In this document: positions 18,681 to 26,394 of the stretch, piece after piece | Numbering within the stretch: the stretch's first letter is position 1 | Layout: every line of letters begins with the position of its first letter | DNA from: an uncultured Clostridia bacterium | GTDB taxonomy: Bacteria > Bacillota > Clostridia > Christensenellales > CAG-917 | Direction of reading: 5' to 3' | DNA: 64,000 nucleotides | Assembly: GCA_944360115.1 (NCBI GenBank) | Contig: CALVTH010000002.1 | Coordinates: forward strand, 6,853 to 70,852 | Notes under the pieces: model-generated | What the model saw: the letters and a program-made list of their open reading frames with translations, nothing else | What the model was told of the DNA's origin: nothing | The model's database searches: none | Position numbers and translations under genes: made by a program

Positions 18681-19739
18681 TTACTTGACTCTGTACACCC
18701 AGCCGAATTCGTCGGGATAACGCTCGGTCTGAATGCCCGTAATCCTGTCGTACAGCCATTCGGTGATTTTGCCCATTTTGCCGCCGTTGATTTCCATAAT
18801 GAGATCGTTGTAGGCTATGGTGCCGACGGGGGAAATGACCGCCGCGGTGCCCGACCCGAAAGCTTCGTCCAGTTTGCCGTTCTTGTAAGCGTCGACGACT
18901 TCGGCGATTTCGATATGACGCTCTTCCACCTTGTAACCGTGCTTGCGAAGCACCTGCAACGCGCTGTCGCGGGTTATGCCGCGCAGAATGGAGCCGTCCA
19001 GCATGGGAGTGACGACGGTGCCGTCAATGACGAAGAACATATTCATTGCGCCGACTTCCTCGACATACTTCTTCTCCGCTCCGTCGAGCCACAGCACCTG
19101 GTCATAGCCCTTTTCCTTGGCGCGCTCGCCCGCGAGCAGGCTGCACGCGTAGTTGCCCATGCACTTGGCCTCGCCCGTACCGCCCTTGGAAGCGCGGGTG
19201 AGTTCGGACTCGACGATGAGTTTGGTGGGCTCCAGACCGTTGGCGTAATAGCTGCCGACGGGCGAAAGGATTATGCACAGCAGGAACTTCTTGCTGGGGT
19301 GCACTCCGAGGAAAGGCTCCGTGCCGAACATAAACGGACGGATATACAGCGAAGTGCCGGGGAGCGTGGGTATCCACTCTTCCTCGAGTTTGACGAGCTC
19401 GACGAGGGCGTTCAGCACCACATCGATGTCAAACTGCGGCATGCACAGTCTTTCGGCGCTTCTGTTCATCCTGACGAAGTTGTCGCGGGGACGGAACATA
19501 GTGACCTCGCCTTTGGCGTTCTTGTACGCTTTCAGACCCTCGAAAATGCCCTGACCGTAATGGAGAGAACAGCAGGCGGGATTGAGCGCGAAATTGTCGA
19601 AAGGCACGATTTCGGGCTCCGCCCAGCCGCTTGCGGCGTCATACTCCATTGTGAGCATATAATCGGTGAAGAATTTGCCGAAGCCGAGTTTGGAAAAATC
19701 GGGCTTTTGCTTTCTGGCTTTCACGGGTGTGATCTTCAT
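18681..19739 (-). CDS. ilvE: branched-chain amino acid aminotransferase (class IV)
   Basis: 352 aa with FGKFFTDYM, HYGQGIFEGLKAY, SLYIRPFMFG and GTGEAKCMGNYA. SD AAGGAG lies before the ATG. Confidence 0.92.
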   Translation of the reverse strand: MKITPVKARKQKPDFSKLGFGKFFTDYMLTMEYDAASGWAEPEIVPFDNFALNPACCSLHYGQGIFEGLKAYKNAKGEVTMFRPRDNFVRMNRSAERLCMPQFDIDVVLNALVELVKLEEEWIPTLPGTSLYIRPFMFGTEPFLGVHPSKKFLLCIILSPVGSYYANGLEPTKLIVESELTRASKGGTGEAKCMGNYACSLLAGERAKEKGYDQVLWLDGAEKKYVEEVGAMNMFFVIDGTVVTPMLDGSILRGITRDSALQVLRKHGYKVEERHIEIAEVVDAYKNGKLDEAFGSGTAAVISPVGTIAYNDLIMEINGGKMGKITEWLYDRITGIQTERYPDEFGWVYRVK

Positions 19740-19802
19740 ATCGGACTCCTTGCGTGGCGGACGCGGACAGCGCGCCGTCGCGGTAATATTTTCGTTTTGA
19801 AT

Positions 19803-19831
19803 ATTTTACCCCCGCGGGCGAAAAGGGGCAA
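19803..19831 (-). promoter_or_regulatory. candidate promoter of ilvE: TTGCCC-17-TAAAAT
   Basis: Minus strand: TTGCCC (19826-19831), a 17-nt spacer, TAAAAT (19803-19808). The -35 overlaps the 3' arm of the hairpin at 19821-19848. Confidence 0.5.
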
Positions 19832-19848
19832 GCACTTTTTTGCCCTTG
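19821..19848 (-). terminator. terminator-like hairpin about 80 nt upstream of the ilvE ATG
   Basis: Minus strand: AAGGGCAA-AAAAGTGC-TTGCCCCTT (one bulge) followed by TTTCG. Either it ends an upstream short transcript or it is an attenuator. Confidence 0.45.
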
Positions 19849-20125
19849 CGCGCACTTTCCGATTTTGCGCCATACGCCGCCGCAAACGCGTCATCACCTC
19901 CCCGAAAGAGTCAAATCCGGCATAAATACACGATTCGTATATCAATTATGCGAATTTCAAGGCAAAAAACGCCTCATAATCGCGCAAAACTCCCGAAATC
20001 GCCTGTCAGCCACATTCATTACAAACGAAAACAAAAAATCAAATGAAACACTTATCGTGTTTTGATATATTTTCGCGAAGTGAAAAATAAGACACGCAAG
20101 GTGTTTTGAAAATATGCGAGCTTGC

Positions 20126-20146
20126 AAAACGCCGCACAAGGCGGCG
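20126..20146 (-). terminator. intrinsic terminator after yigZ
   Basis: Minus strand: CGCCGC-CTTGT-GCGGCG followed by TTTTGC, about 35 nt after the stop. Confidence 0.5.
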
Positions 20147-20179
20147 CAAAACGAACGGACGGTCAAAAACACGACGCCG

Positions 20180-20818
20180 TTACAAAATCTCGTCTGAGGG
20201 CAAATAAAGGCTTCCCGCGGCGGTCGCGGCAATCTCGCCGCCCGCGGCTTCGGACAACGCGCGGAGGAAATTTTGCACTCCGTCCTCTCTCACGGCATAC
20301 AGGGCCTGCACCTTGTCGGCGTATTCCGCTCCCCGCTTCATGCCGCCCGCGCGCGTCAACGCGGAATCCACTCTCGCAAACTGCTGGTAGTCGGCGCTCA
20401 CGGAGAAGAGCGCGCACGGCACCATTTCGGCAACGCCCGCCTTTTCGACGACGCGGGCAACGCTGTCGGTGTATGCCGACACCAGACCGCCCGCCCCCAG
20501 TTTTATTCCGCCGAAGTAGCGGGTCACGACAACGGCGACATCGGCGAGTCCCTTCTTTCTCAGCACTTCGAGCATTGGCTGTCCCGCCGTGCCGCTCGGC
20601 TCGCCGTCGTCGGAAAACCGCGCGGACGGGCACTCCGAGCCGACGATGTACGCATAGCAGTTGTGCGTGGCGTCGGAATAGCGTTTCTTTATCCCCCGCA
20701 CGAACTCTTCCGCGGACTCGGTGGTCTCCACTCTGGCTATCGTGGCAACGAAAACCGAACGGCGTATTTCCGTCCTGTTCTCCGTATTCTCGGCGATTGT
20801 CCTGTATCCGTTTGCCAT
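20180..20818 (-). CDS. yigZ: YigZ/IMPACT-family (UPF0029) protein
   Basis: Track ORF 20180..21073 trimmed to ATG 20816-20818 (MANGYRTIAENTENRTEIRRSVFVATI). Family motifs are DATHNCYAY and DDGEPSGTAGQPML. No SD precedes this ATG, so the start is uncertain. Confidence 0.75.
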   Translation of the reverse strand: MANGYRTIAENTENRTEIRRSVFVATIARVETTESAEEFVRGIKKRYSDATHNCYAYIVGSECPSARFSDDGEPSGTAGQPMLEVLRKKGLADVAVVVTRYFGGIKLGAGGLVSAYTDSVARVVEKAGVAEMVPCALFSVSADYQQFARVDSALTRAGGMKRGAEYADKVQALYAVREDGVQNFLRALSEAAGGEIAATAAGSLYLPSDEIL

Positions 20819-21005
20819 ATTGTCGTTATGTTGCGCGCGACGCGCGCTCGCGCCCGCGCAGGCGGGTGCGCGCTTCGCTTCTCCGCTTTGCGGTTTCGAA
20901 CCGCAAATTATGCGGCGTATCTCGTCTCCGCCCGCGCAATTGCAGTACGGTACAACGGGACGATCCGGAGACCCGTCATATAGCGCGGAAAAAATTCGCA
21001 CCTTT

Positions 21006-21034
21006 ATTATACCTCGTTTTCCATCTGTTTTCAA
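21006..21034 (-). promoter_or_regulatory. sigma-A-type promoter upstream of yigZ: TTGAAA-17-TATAAT
   Basis: Minus strand: TTGAAA (21029-21034), an exact 17-nt spacer, TATAAT (21006-21011). The predicted start is about 180 nt upstream of the yigZ ATG. Confidence 0.7.
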
Positions 21035-21310
21035 CGCTTTCAATGCGGGCGGCGCGGCATATTCTCCCGTCACGGTCTACAGAATATGGGGCGGCGCCGT
21101 CAACCCCGAAGGCGACGACGAGCAGGTGCGGACGGCGCGCCGCATTGCGGACTGCGGCTATTCGGGCGTATCCTCGCTGTACTATCAGCCCGAAGGGGCG
21201 AATCACTCGGATACGCAGTTAATCGGCATAAATTGCGCGATAAAGCTCGCGCTCGGTCAGGATGTGCCGACGATCCCGCTCGGCTGATATCCCACTTGAC
21301 GCACGCGAAT

Positions 21311-21496
21311 TCAGTAGTACGGATAGTAAACGCTGTATCCGCGACACCCGCACCCTTTGCCGTAAAACGCGGTCACCGTAAAAGGCGCGCCCCCGAAACA
21401 TCCGCCGCTTGCGGTCGCTGGAGCAAGCCCGAGCGTGTTGCCCGTGAAAACTATTCCGCCCTGCCGCACCGTGGAAAGCCGTCTGATAATCGCCAT
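21311..21496 (-). CDS. hypothetical 61-aa Gly/Cys/Tyr-rich small protein
   Basis: MAIIRRLSTVRQGGIVFTGNTLGLAPATASGGCFGGAPFTVTAFYGKGCGCRGYSVYYPYY. SD GAGGTG lies 5 nt upstream of the ATG. It is the only plausible ORF in an 866-bp gap, and I cannot place it in a family with confidence. Confidence 0.4.
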   Translation of the reverse strand: MAIIRRLSTVRQGGIVFTGNTLGLAPATASGGCFGGAPFTVTAFYGKGCGCRGYSVYYPYY

Positions 21497-21608
21497 TATG
21501 TCACCTCGTCGTATGCAAACGGAAAGGCACGAGGGACGATTGCACTACACTCTATGAAAAGCCCGCCGAACCTGTGCCGCGACACCGACGCGGATACGAC
21601 AACACAAC

Positions 21609-21635
21609 AAAAAACCGACGGACAGAGCCGTCGGT
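21609..21635 (-). terminator. intrinsic terminator after tyrS
   Basis: Minus strand: ACCGACGG-CTCTGT-CCGTCGGT followed by TTTTTTG. Confidence 0.75.
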
Positions 21636-21684
21636 CATGTTTGTGCCGTTGCGCCTTCGGATGACGGCGAGTCCGCCGTGCGGG

Positions 21685-22896
21685 TCACTCGGCGATGACT
21701 TTGAAGAAATTTTTCTTGCCTTTCTGGAGAATGAATCCGTTGACCGCCTGACTGTCGGTGACCGTCGCGGCGATGTCCGTGACCTTGACTCCGTCGACGC
21801 TTATACCGCCGCCCTGAATGAGACGACGGGCTTCGCTCTTGGACGGCACTTTCGCCACGGCGACGAGAATGTCGATGACGGAACGCATATCGGCGGGAAC
21901 GGTGGCGGAAGGCATATTTTCGGAGTCGCCCGAAAACGCCGCGTGCGCCTTTGCCAGCGCGTCGTCGGCGACTTCCTTGCCGTGCACCATGGAAGTCAGT
22001 TCGTAGGCAAGGCGTTCCTTTGCCGCGTTCATACGCTCGTCGCGGTATTTCGTCATTTCCTCGATTTCGTCAAGCGGCAGGAATGTGAGATAACGGAAAA
22101 CCGTCGCCACATCCTCGTCGGCGATGTTGCGCCAATACTGGAAGAAATCGTAGGGCGAAGTCTTTGCCGCGTCGAGCCACACCGCGCCTTTTGCGGTTTT
22201 GCCCATTTTGGTACCCTCGGAGGTGGTAAGCAATCCGAAAGTGATTGCAAACGCCGCTTTGCCCTCCTTGCGCCTTATGAGGTCGGCGCCCGCGAGTATG
22301 TTGGACCACTGGTCGTCGCCGCCGCATTGCAGTATGCACCCGTACTTGCGGTTGAGCACGAGGAAGTCGTACGCCTGCATGAGCATATAGTTGAACTCGA
22401 GGAAAGTCAGTCCTTTCTCCATGCGCGCCTTGTAACATTCGGCGGTGAGCATTTTGTTGACGGAGAAGCAGGAGCCGATTTCGCGCAGGAAGTCGATGTA
22501 ATTGAGGTTGAGCAGCCAGTCGGCGTTGTCCACGATGATTGCGCCGTTTTCACCCTCGAAATCGATGAAACGCGCCATTTGTTTCTTGAAGCATTCGACA
22601 TTGTGCGCAACGGTCTCGCGCGTCATTACGCTGCGCAGGTCGGTGCGCCCGGAGGGGTCGCCTATCATGCCCGTGCCGCCGCCCACGAGGATAATGGGAC
22701 GGTGTCCCGCCTGTTGCAGGCGCCTTGCGACGATGAGCTGCATGAAATGCCCCACATGAAGGCTGTCGGCGGTGGGGTCGAAGCCGATATAGAAAGACCG
22801 AGAACCGCTGTCGAGCAATTCCTTGAGTTCGTCTTCGTAGACGGTCTGTCTGACAAGCCCGCGTTCTCTCAGTTGGTCGATGATGTTGGTTGACAT
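21685..22896 (-). CDS. tyrS: tyrosine--tRNA ligase
   Basis: Track ORF 21685..23019 trimmed to ATG 22894-22896 (MSTNIIDQLRERGL) after the SD GGAGAT. HIGH-type DSLHVGHF, KMSKS-type KMGKT, and a C-terminal S4 domain. Confidence 0.95.
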   Translation of the reverse strand: MSTNIIDQLRERGLVRQTVYEDELKELLDSGSRSFYIGFDPTADSLHVGHFMQLIVARRLQQAGHRPIILVGGGTGMIGDPSGRTDLRSVMTRETVAHNVECFKKQMARFIDFEGENGAIIVDNADWLLNLNYIDFLREIGSCFSVNKMLTAECYKARMEKGLTFLEFNYMLMQAYDFLVLNRKYGCILQCGGDDQWSNILAGADLIRRKEGKAAFAITFGLLTTSEGTKMGKTAKGAVWLDAAKTSPYDFFQYWRNIADEDVATVFRYLTFLPLDEIEEMTKYRDERMNAAKERLAYELTSMVHGKEVADDALAKAHAAFSGDSENMPSATVPADMRSVIDILVAVAKVPSKSEARRLIQGGGISVDGVKVTDIAATVTDSQAVNGFILQKGKKNFFKVIAE

Positions 22897-23017
22897 TGTT
22901 ATCTCCTTCGGCGGCGGTGTGCCGACGGTTGCGCGGGGCGGCGGACGGATTGTCTCCGTGCGTGCGCTCCGTACGGCCGTCGCCGTGCGGTATTCCGCGT
23001 GTGTTCGGGGTATAGTC

Positions 23018-23041
23018 AAAGCGCACAGTTAAGCGCGCTTT
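23018..23041 (-). terminator. hairpin after rubredoxin (possible terminator)
   Basis: AAAGCGC / GCGCTTT 7-bp stem with a 10-nt loop and a short T-tract. Confidence 0.4.
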
Positions 23042-23093
23042 GAAAAGGTTGATTGGATTTGCGGAGACGAAGACTCCCCGCTCCGTCGCGGAA

Positions 23094-23249
23094 TTATTCC
23101 TCCGCGAACTCGTCCTTGCCTACTCCGCAAAGAGGGCAAACATAATCGTCGGGAAGGTCCTCCCACTTGGTGCCGGCGGCGATGCCGCTTTCGGGCTCAC
23201 CCAGCTCTTCGTCGTAGACATATCCGCAGACTTGGCAAATGTATCTCAT
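23094..23249 (-). CDS. rubredoxin
   Basis: Below the ORF-track length cutoff and found by manual translation: [51 protein letters not shown]. Has the CxxCG...CPxCG iron site and the SD AAGGAG. Confidence 0.85.
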   Translation of the reverse strand: MRYICQVCGYVYDEELGEPESGIAAGTKWEDLPDDYVCPLCGVGKDEFAEE

Positions 23250-23299
23250 GATGACTCCTTGAAATTTTATCGTGTTTTACTCGGCTTTCGCCGTGCGCG

Positions 23300-24223
23300 T
23301 CAGCGGACGACATCCGTCTGCGCGTAATATTTGAGGTTCTTGAGGCTCTCTTCGGCTTCGGCGCGGGTCGCCTTGTCGGGGCCGATGTAGGTGTTGAGGT
23401 TGCGCACGAGCTTGTAGTGATACGCGCCGTCCTCGCCCTCGACGGAGAACGCTCCGACAAGCACATGCTTCTTGAAGCGCTTGATTGCCGCGACGCAGTA
23501 TTCCCTGCTGCGGTAATTCTCGCTGGCGTAAAGCATTGCGCCCTTGTTGGAATAGAGTGTGAAGAAAGCTTCCTCGCCCTGCATGCCGATGACATACTGC
23601 CCGTAGATTGCGGCGGCGATGTCGGGTTTTGCGGAGAGGGGCGCGCGGGGCGCCTTGGGCTTGGTGGTAATGGGCGCCGACGGGGGCATGACCTTTTTCA
23701 CGATGGGAGGAGGCGGCACGGGCAGATAGGTCTTCTGCACATAGACGGGCGCCTTGCCGGGGAAATAGCAGCCCTCGAGGGGGTCGTAGTAATATCCCGC
23801 GAACTCGCCCTCGTAATTGGTCCAGTCTCCCTGACGCTCGTCGACGGGACGGCTGTCGGCGGAAATGGGATTGTCGGGGTCAAGCACGAAAACCTTTTGG
23901 TCGGAATAGGACTCTTCGGGGCGCTCTCTTCTGAGCGCGGCTTCCTGCGCCTCGGGAGTGACGCGACGGCGTCTCACATACCCGTCGGGTATATAGAGCG
24001 CTTCGTCGGCGGAAACGGCGGGACGGGCGGACTGCACGGGCGCCGCGCCGTTGTCGGCGGCGGGTGCGGCGTCAGCCTGTTTGACGACCGCGGGAGTCTT
24101 GTCGCGATGACGCTTGCCGTAAACGGCCGCCACGATAATCGTGATCAACGCGAAAACGAACGCGACTGCAAGCACGACCAGAAAAACCAGTTGCAGCGTG
24201 GTAAGGTTTTCAAAGAAAGACAT
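23300..24223 (-). CDS. membrane-anchored protein with C-terminal tandem YegP/DUF1508-like domains
   Basis: Trimmed to ATG 24221-24223 (MSFFENLTTLQLVFLVVLAVAF) after the SD GAGGGA. One TM helix, a Pro-rich linker, then FTLYSNKGAMLYASENYRSREYCVAAIKRFKK and YHYKLVRNLNTYIGPDKATRAEAEESL repeats. Confidence 0.7.
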   Translation of the reverse strand: MSFFENLTTLQLVFLVVLAVAFVFALITIIVAAVYGKRHRDKTPAVVKQADAAPAADNGAAPVQSARPAVSADEALYIPDGYVRRRRVTPEAQEAALRRERPEESYSDQKVFVLDPDNPISADSRPVDERQGDWTNYEGEFAGYYYDPLEGCYFPGKAPVYVQKTYLPVPPPPIVKKVMPPSAPITTKPKAPRAPLSAKPDIAAAIYGQYVIGMQGEEAFFTLYSNKGAMLYASENYRSREYCVAAIKRFKKHVLVGAFSVEGEDGAYHYKLVRNLNTYIGPDKATRAEAEESLKNLKYYAQTDVVR

Positions 24224-24286
24224 AATGCGTTCCCTCACACTTGGAAATCGAGCGGCGATAGGTCACCCCCACCCTTATTCATCGCC

Positions 24287-24315
24287 ATTGTAACACATAC
24301 GCGCGCACATAGCAA
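24287..24315 (-). promoter_or_regulatory. promoter of the YegP-domain gene/rubredoxin unit: TTGCTA-17-TGtTACAAT
   Basis: Minus strand: TTGCTA (24310-24315), a 17-nt spacer, and an extended -10 TGTTACAAT (24287-24295). Confidence 0.6.
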
Positions 24316-24346
24316 CATTTTTTTATTTTACGGAGAAAGATGCCGC

Positions 24347-26047
24347 TCAGGCGAGCGCAAGCGCGGCGCACAACACGGCGCCCGCCGCCGCGACCGCGCA
24401 CAGCACGACCGCACGGGACCTGCGCGTGAAAAAGAAAAACCGCGACGCCAGCGCCAGCCATATCTCCGCGACGACGACTGCCGCGACGCTCACCGTCACA
24501 TCGACGGACGCAAAGGACACCGCGCCGACGGCGCGGGTGAAAGCCGTGAACGGAACGAGCAGAAAATCGAAAATTCCCGCCATGCCGTACAGACCCGTTA
24601 TCAGCGCAAACGGAGTGATTATCAGCAAAATCGTGTAGATAATCATCATGTACGGCAAAATGAAAATGTTTGACAGCACGAACAGAGTCTGCACTTTGCC
24701 GAAGAAAAGAGCCGCAAGAGGCAAGGAAGTCAGGTTGGCGGACACCGACACGGAGACGGCTTCCGACAGGCGCAGCATCACCCGCCGCGCGGCGCGGTCC
24801 TTCACGGTGACCGACCTGCCCGAAGCGGAGTCGCGCACCCGCACGCTGCCCCGCCTGCGGGCGGCGGACAGGTCGTATATTCTGCCCGCGAGGGAAGCGT
24901 CGCCCGTCGCCGCGACGAGGGTCGACGCGTTAGTAAAAACCGACGGGCACAATCTGTCCGCTCCCCTGACGAAAAAGTCGCGGAGCGGCTCGGCGAACAT
25001 GAAAATGCCGAGCACGGCAAACACCGACAACAGAAAGCCTATGTGCATGACCGAAAACGGCGCGAACAGCAGAATGAGGAAAGCGGCAAGTCCCAGCGAG
25101 GACACAATGTCGCGTTTGAGTCCGAAAGCCGTGCCGAGGTTGAGAGTCGCCGTCATGACGAAGGCGCGGAGCGCCGACGGCGTGAACGAGCAAAGCGCGA
25201 CATACGCAAAAGTGAGCGCAAGCACTACCGCAAACGAAACCTTGCTCTTCACCCTGCATTTTCGGAGCAGCCACATCACAGCGCTTGCCAGCGCGGTGAC
25301 ATGCAGACCGCTGACCGCCAGTATGTGCGCGAGACCGCTCGCCTGCACCGATTCGTAAAGGTCGGAGTCCATGCCGCGTTTATCACCGAGGACTAGCGCG
25401 GTGCATATCGTGGCGGTGTCGGAATCCGTATTCTCGTAAAACATTCTCTTGACTGCGACGCGCAGGCGGGTGAGAAGGTCGGCTTCGCCGTCGGCGAGGT
25501 GCGTGGCGCTGTCGGCGTACACCGTGTAATACTCGCCTTTGAGCGCCGACGAAGCGAAATATGTGTCGAAAGGCTCGTGCGTTTCGGGCAACAGCCTGCC
25601 TTCGAGTCTGACGATGTCGCCCACGCCGAAATCGGGCGCTCCATAAGCGTCGGCATACACCCGCCCGGCGCCGTAGACCTTTTCGCCGTCGGCGTGGAGT
25701 TCCTCGACATAAAAGGACAGCGTGCCGTCCTCGTAGATTATTTCACTCGTGACCTGCGCCGTGAAAGCGCCTTCCCGAGCAGCGGGCAGACGGGAGTCGT
25801 ATATGTCGCTCGCCGCCGACATCGCCACCGCGCCCGCGACGAAAACCACGGCTAAAAAAGCCAATCTGCGCGTCCGCGCAAAAGACAAAAGCGCGACGGC
25901 AACCGCCGCCGCGACAAGTATCGGAATGAGTCTGTAAAGGTGATTTGCGGAGTGTATGCTTTCGGTCAGCAATATCCCCGCCGCAAGAGAAAGCGCCGCG
26001 AAACAGACGGGTCTGCGGTTGAATAGACGCCGTCTTTCCGTTTTCAT
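24347..26047 (-). CDS. comEC: ComEC/Rec2-family competence channel protein (no metallo-beta-lactamase domain)
   Basis: Track ORF trimmed to ATG 26045-26047 (MKTERRRLFNRRPVCFAALSLAAG). Competence-domain motif QASGLAHILAVSGLHV. 566 aa, ending in TM helices. Confidence 0.8.
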   Translation of the reverse strand: MKTERRRLFNRRPVCFAALSLAAGILLTESIHSANHLYRLIPILVAAAVAVALLSFARTRRLAFLAVVFVAGAVAMSAASDIYDSRLPAAREGAFTAQVTSEIIYEDGTLSFYVEELHADGEKVYGAGRVYADAYGAPDFGVGDIVRLEGRLLPETHEPFDTYFASSALKGEYYTVYADSATHLADGEADLLTRLRVAVKRMFYENTDSDTATICTALVLGDKRGMDSDLYESVQASGLAHILAVSGLHVTALASAVMWLLRKCRVKSKVSFAVVLALTFAYVALCSFTPSALRAFVMTATLNLGTAFGLKRDIVSSLGLAAFLILLFAPFSVMHIGFLLSVFAVLGIFMFAEPLRDFFVRGADRLCPSVFTNASTLVAATGDASLAGRIYDLSAARRRGSVRVRDSASGRSVTVKDRAARRVMLRLSEAVSVSVSANLTSLPLAALFFGKVQTLFVLSNIFILPYMMIIYTILLIITPFALITGLYGMAGIFDFLLVPFTAFTRAVGAVSFASVDVTVSVAAVVVAEIWLALASRFFFFTRRSRAVVLCAVAAAGAVLCAALALA

Positions 26048-26394
26048 CGCGCCACGGGAGGTACGCCCGTCACCACGATGTCCGCGCCCAGTCCAAGGGC
26101 GTTGCGCTCGACGGTGTCGCCGCGTTTGACGGCAAGCGGGACGCGCAATGTCTTGATGTGGCGTTGCAGCTCGAAAATGCTGTCCTTGGGAACGGGCGCC
26201 GAGGTTTTCACCGACACCACCGCGCCGTCCTCGCGCGTGACAAGCGTCGTCACGGTGCGCACGGGACGCAGATATTCCGTCACGCCGTAATCGTGTCCGC
26301 GTTTGCAGGTGTTGCCCCTGACGAGGATTTTCCCGCCGCTCTCCGTCACTTCTATGGGACAGCCGAGAGGACAGTTGATACATATCGTTTTCAT
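26044..26394 (-). CDS. DUF1667 domain protein (small subunit of clostridial GlpA-like oxidoreductase clusters)
   Basis: C-terminal 116 aa of track ORF 26044..27495 from ATG 26392-26394: MKTICINCPLGCPIEVTESGGKILVRGNTCKRG. 4-nt overlaps on both sides. Confidence 0.75.
   Translation of the reverse strand: MKTICINCPLGCPIEVTESGGKILVRGNTCKRGHDYGVTEYLRPVRTVTTLVTREDGAVVSVKTSAPVPKDSIFELQRHIKTLRVPLAVKRGDTVERNALGLGADIVVTGVPPVAR

Noticed and set aside
19740-20179. T-box or branched-chain amino acid leader-peptide attenuator upstream of ilvE.
   Set aside because: GAGGTGATGACGCG only loosely resembles the T-box core. The upstream ORF has Arg runs rather than Ile/Leu/Val runs. I kept it as a low-interest finding only.
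21140-21200. Plus-strand frame …CGYSGVSSLYYQPEG… resembling the C-terminus (GYSVYYPYY) of the small minus-strand ORF, i.e. a possible inverted second peptide gene.
   Set aside because: It has no start codon or SD, the similarity is limited to a few residues, and the frame belongs to a shadow ORF.
22897-23093. Possible T-box riboswitch upstream of tyrS.
   Set aside because: Only a partial TACCGC match is present. There is no UGGN bulge context, no specifier-loop/terminator architecture, and the spacer is very short. This should still be confirmed with Infernal.
26048-26383. N-terminal extensions of track ORFs, e.g. comEC 24347..26383, ddh 15403..16491, mrp 31299..32327, tyrS 21685..23019, and the lipoproteins 32434..34743 and 42374..44947.
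   Set aside because: The extensions are R/G-rich, overlap upstream genes or promoters, and lack SD sites. Internal ATGs with strong SD sites coincide with where family similarity or the signal peptide begins.
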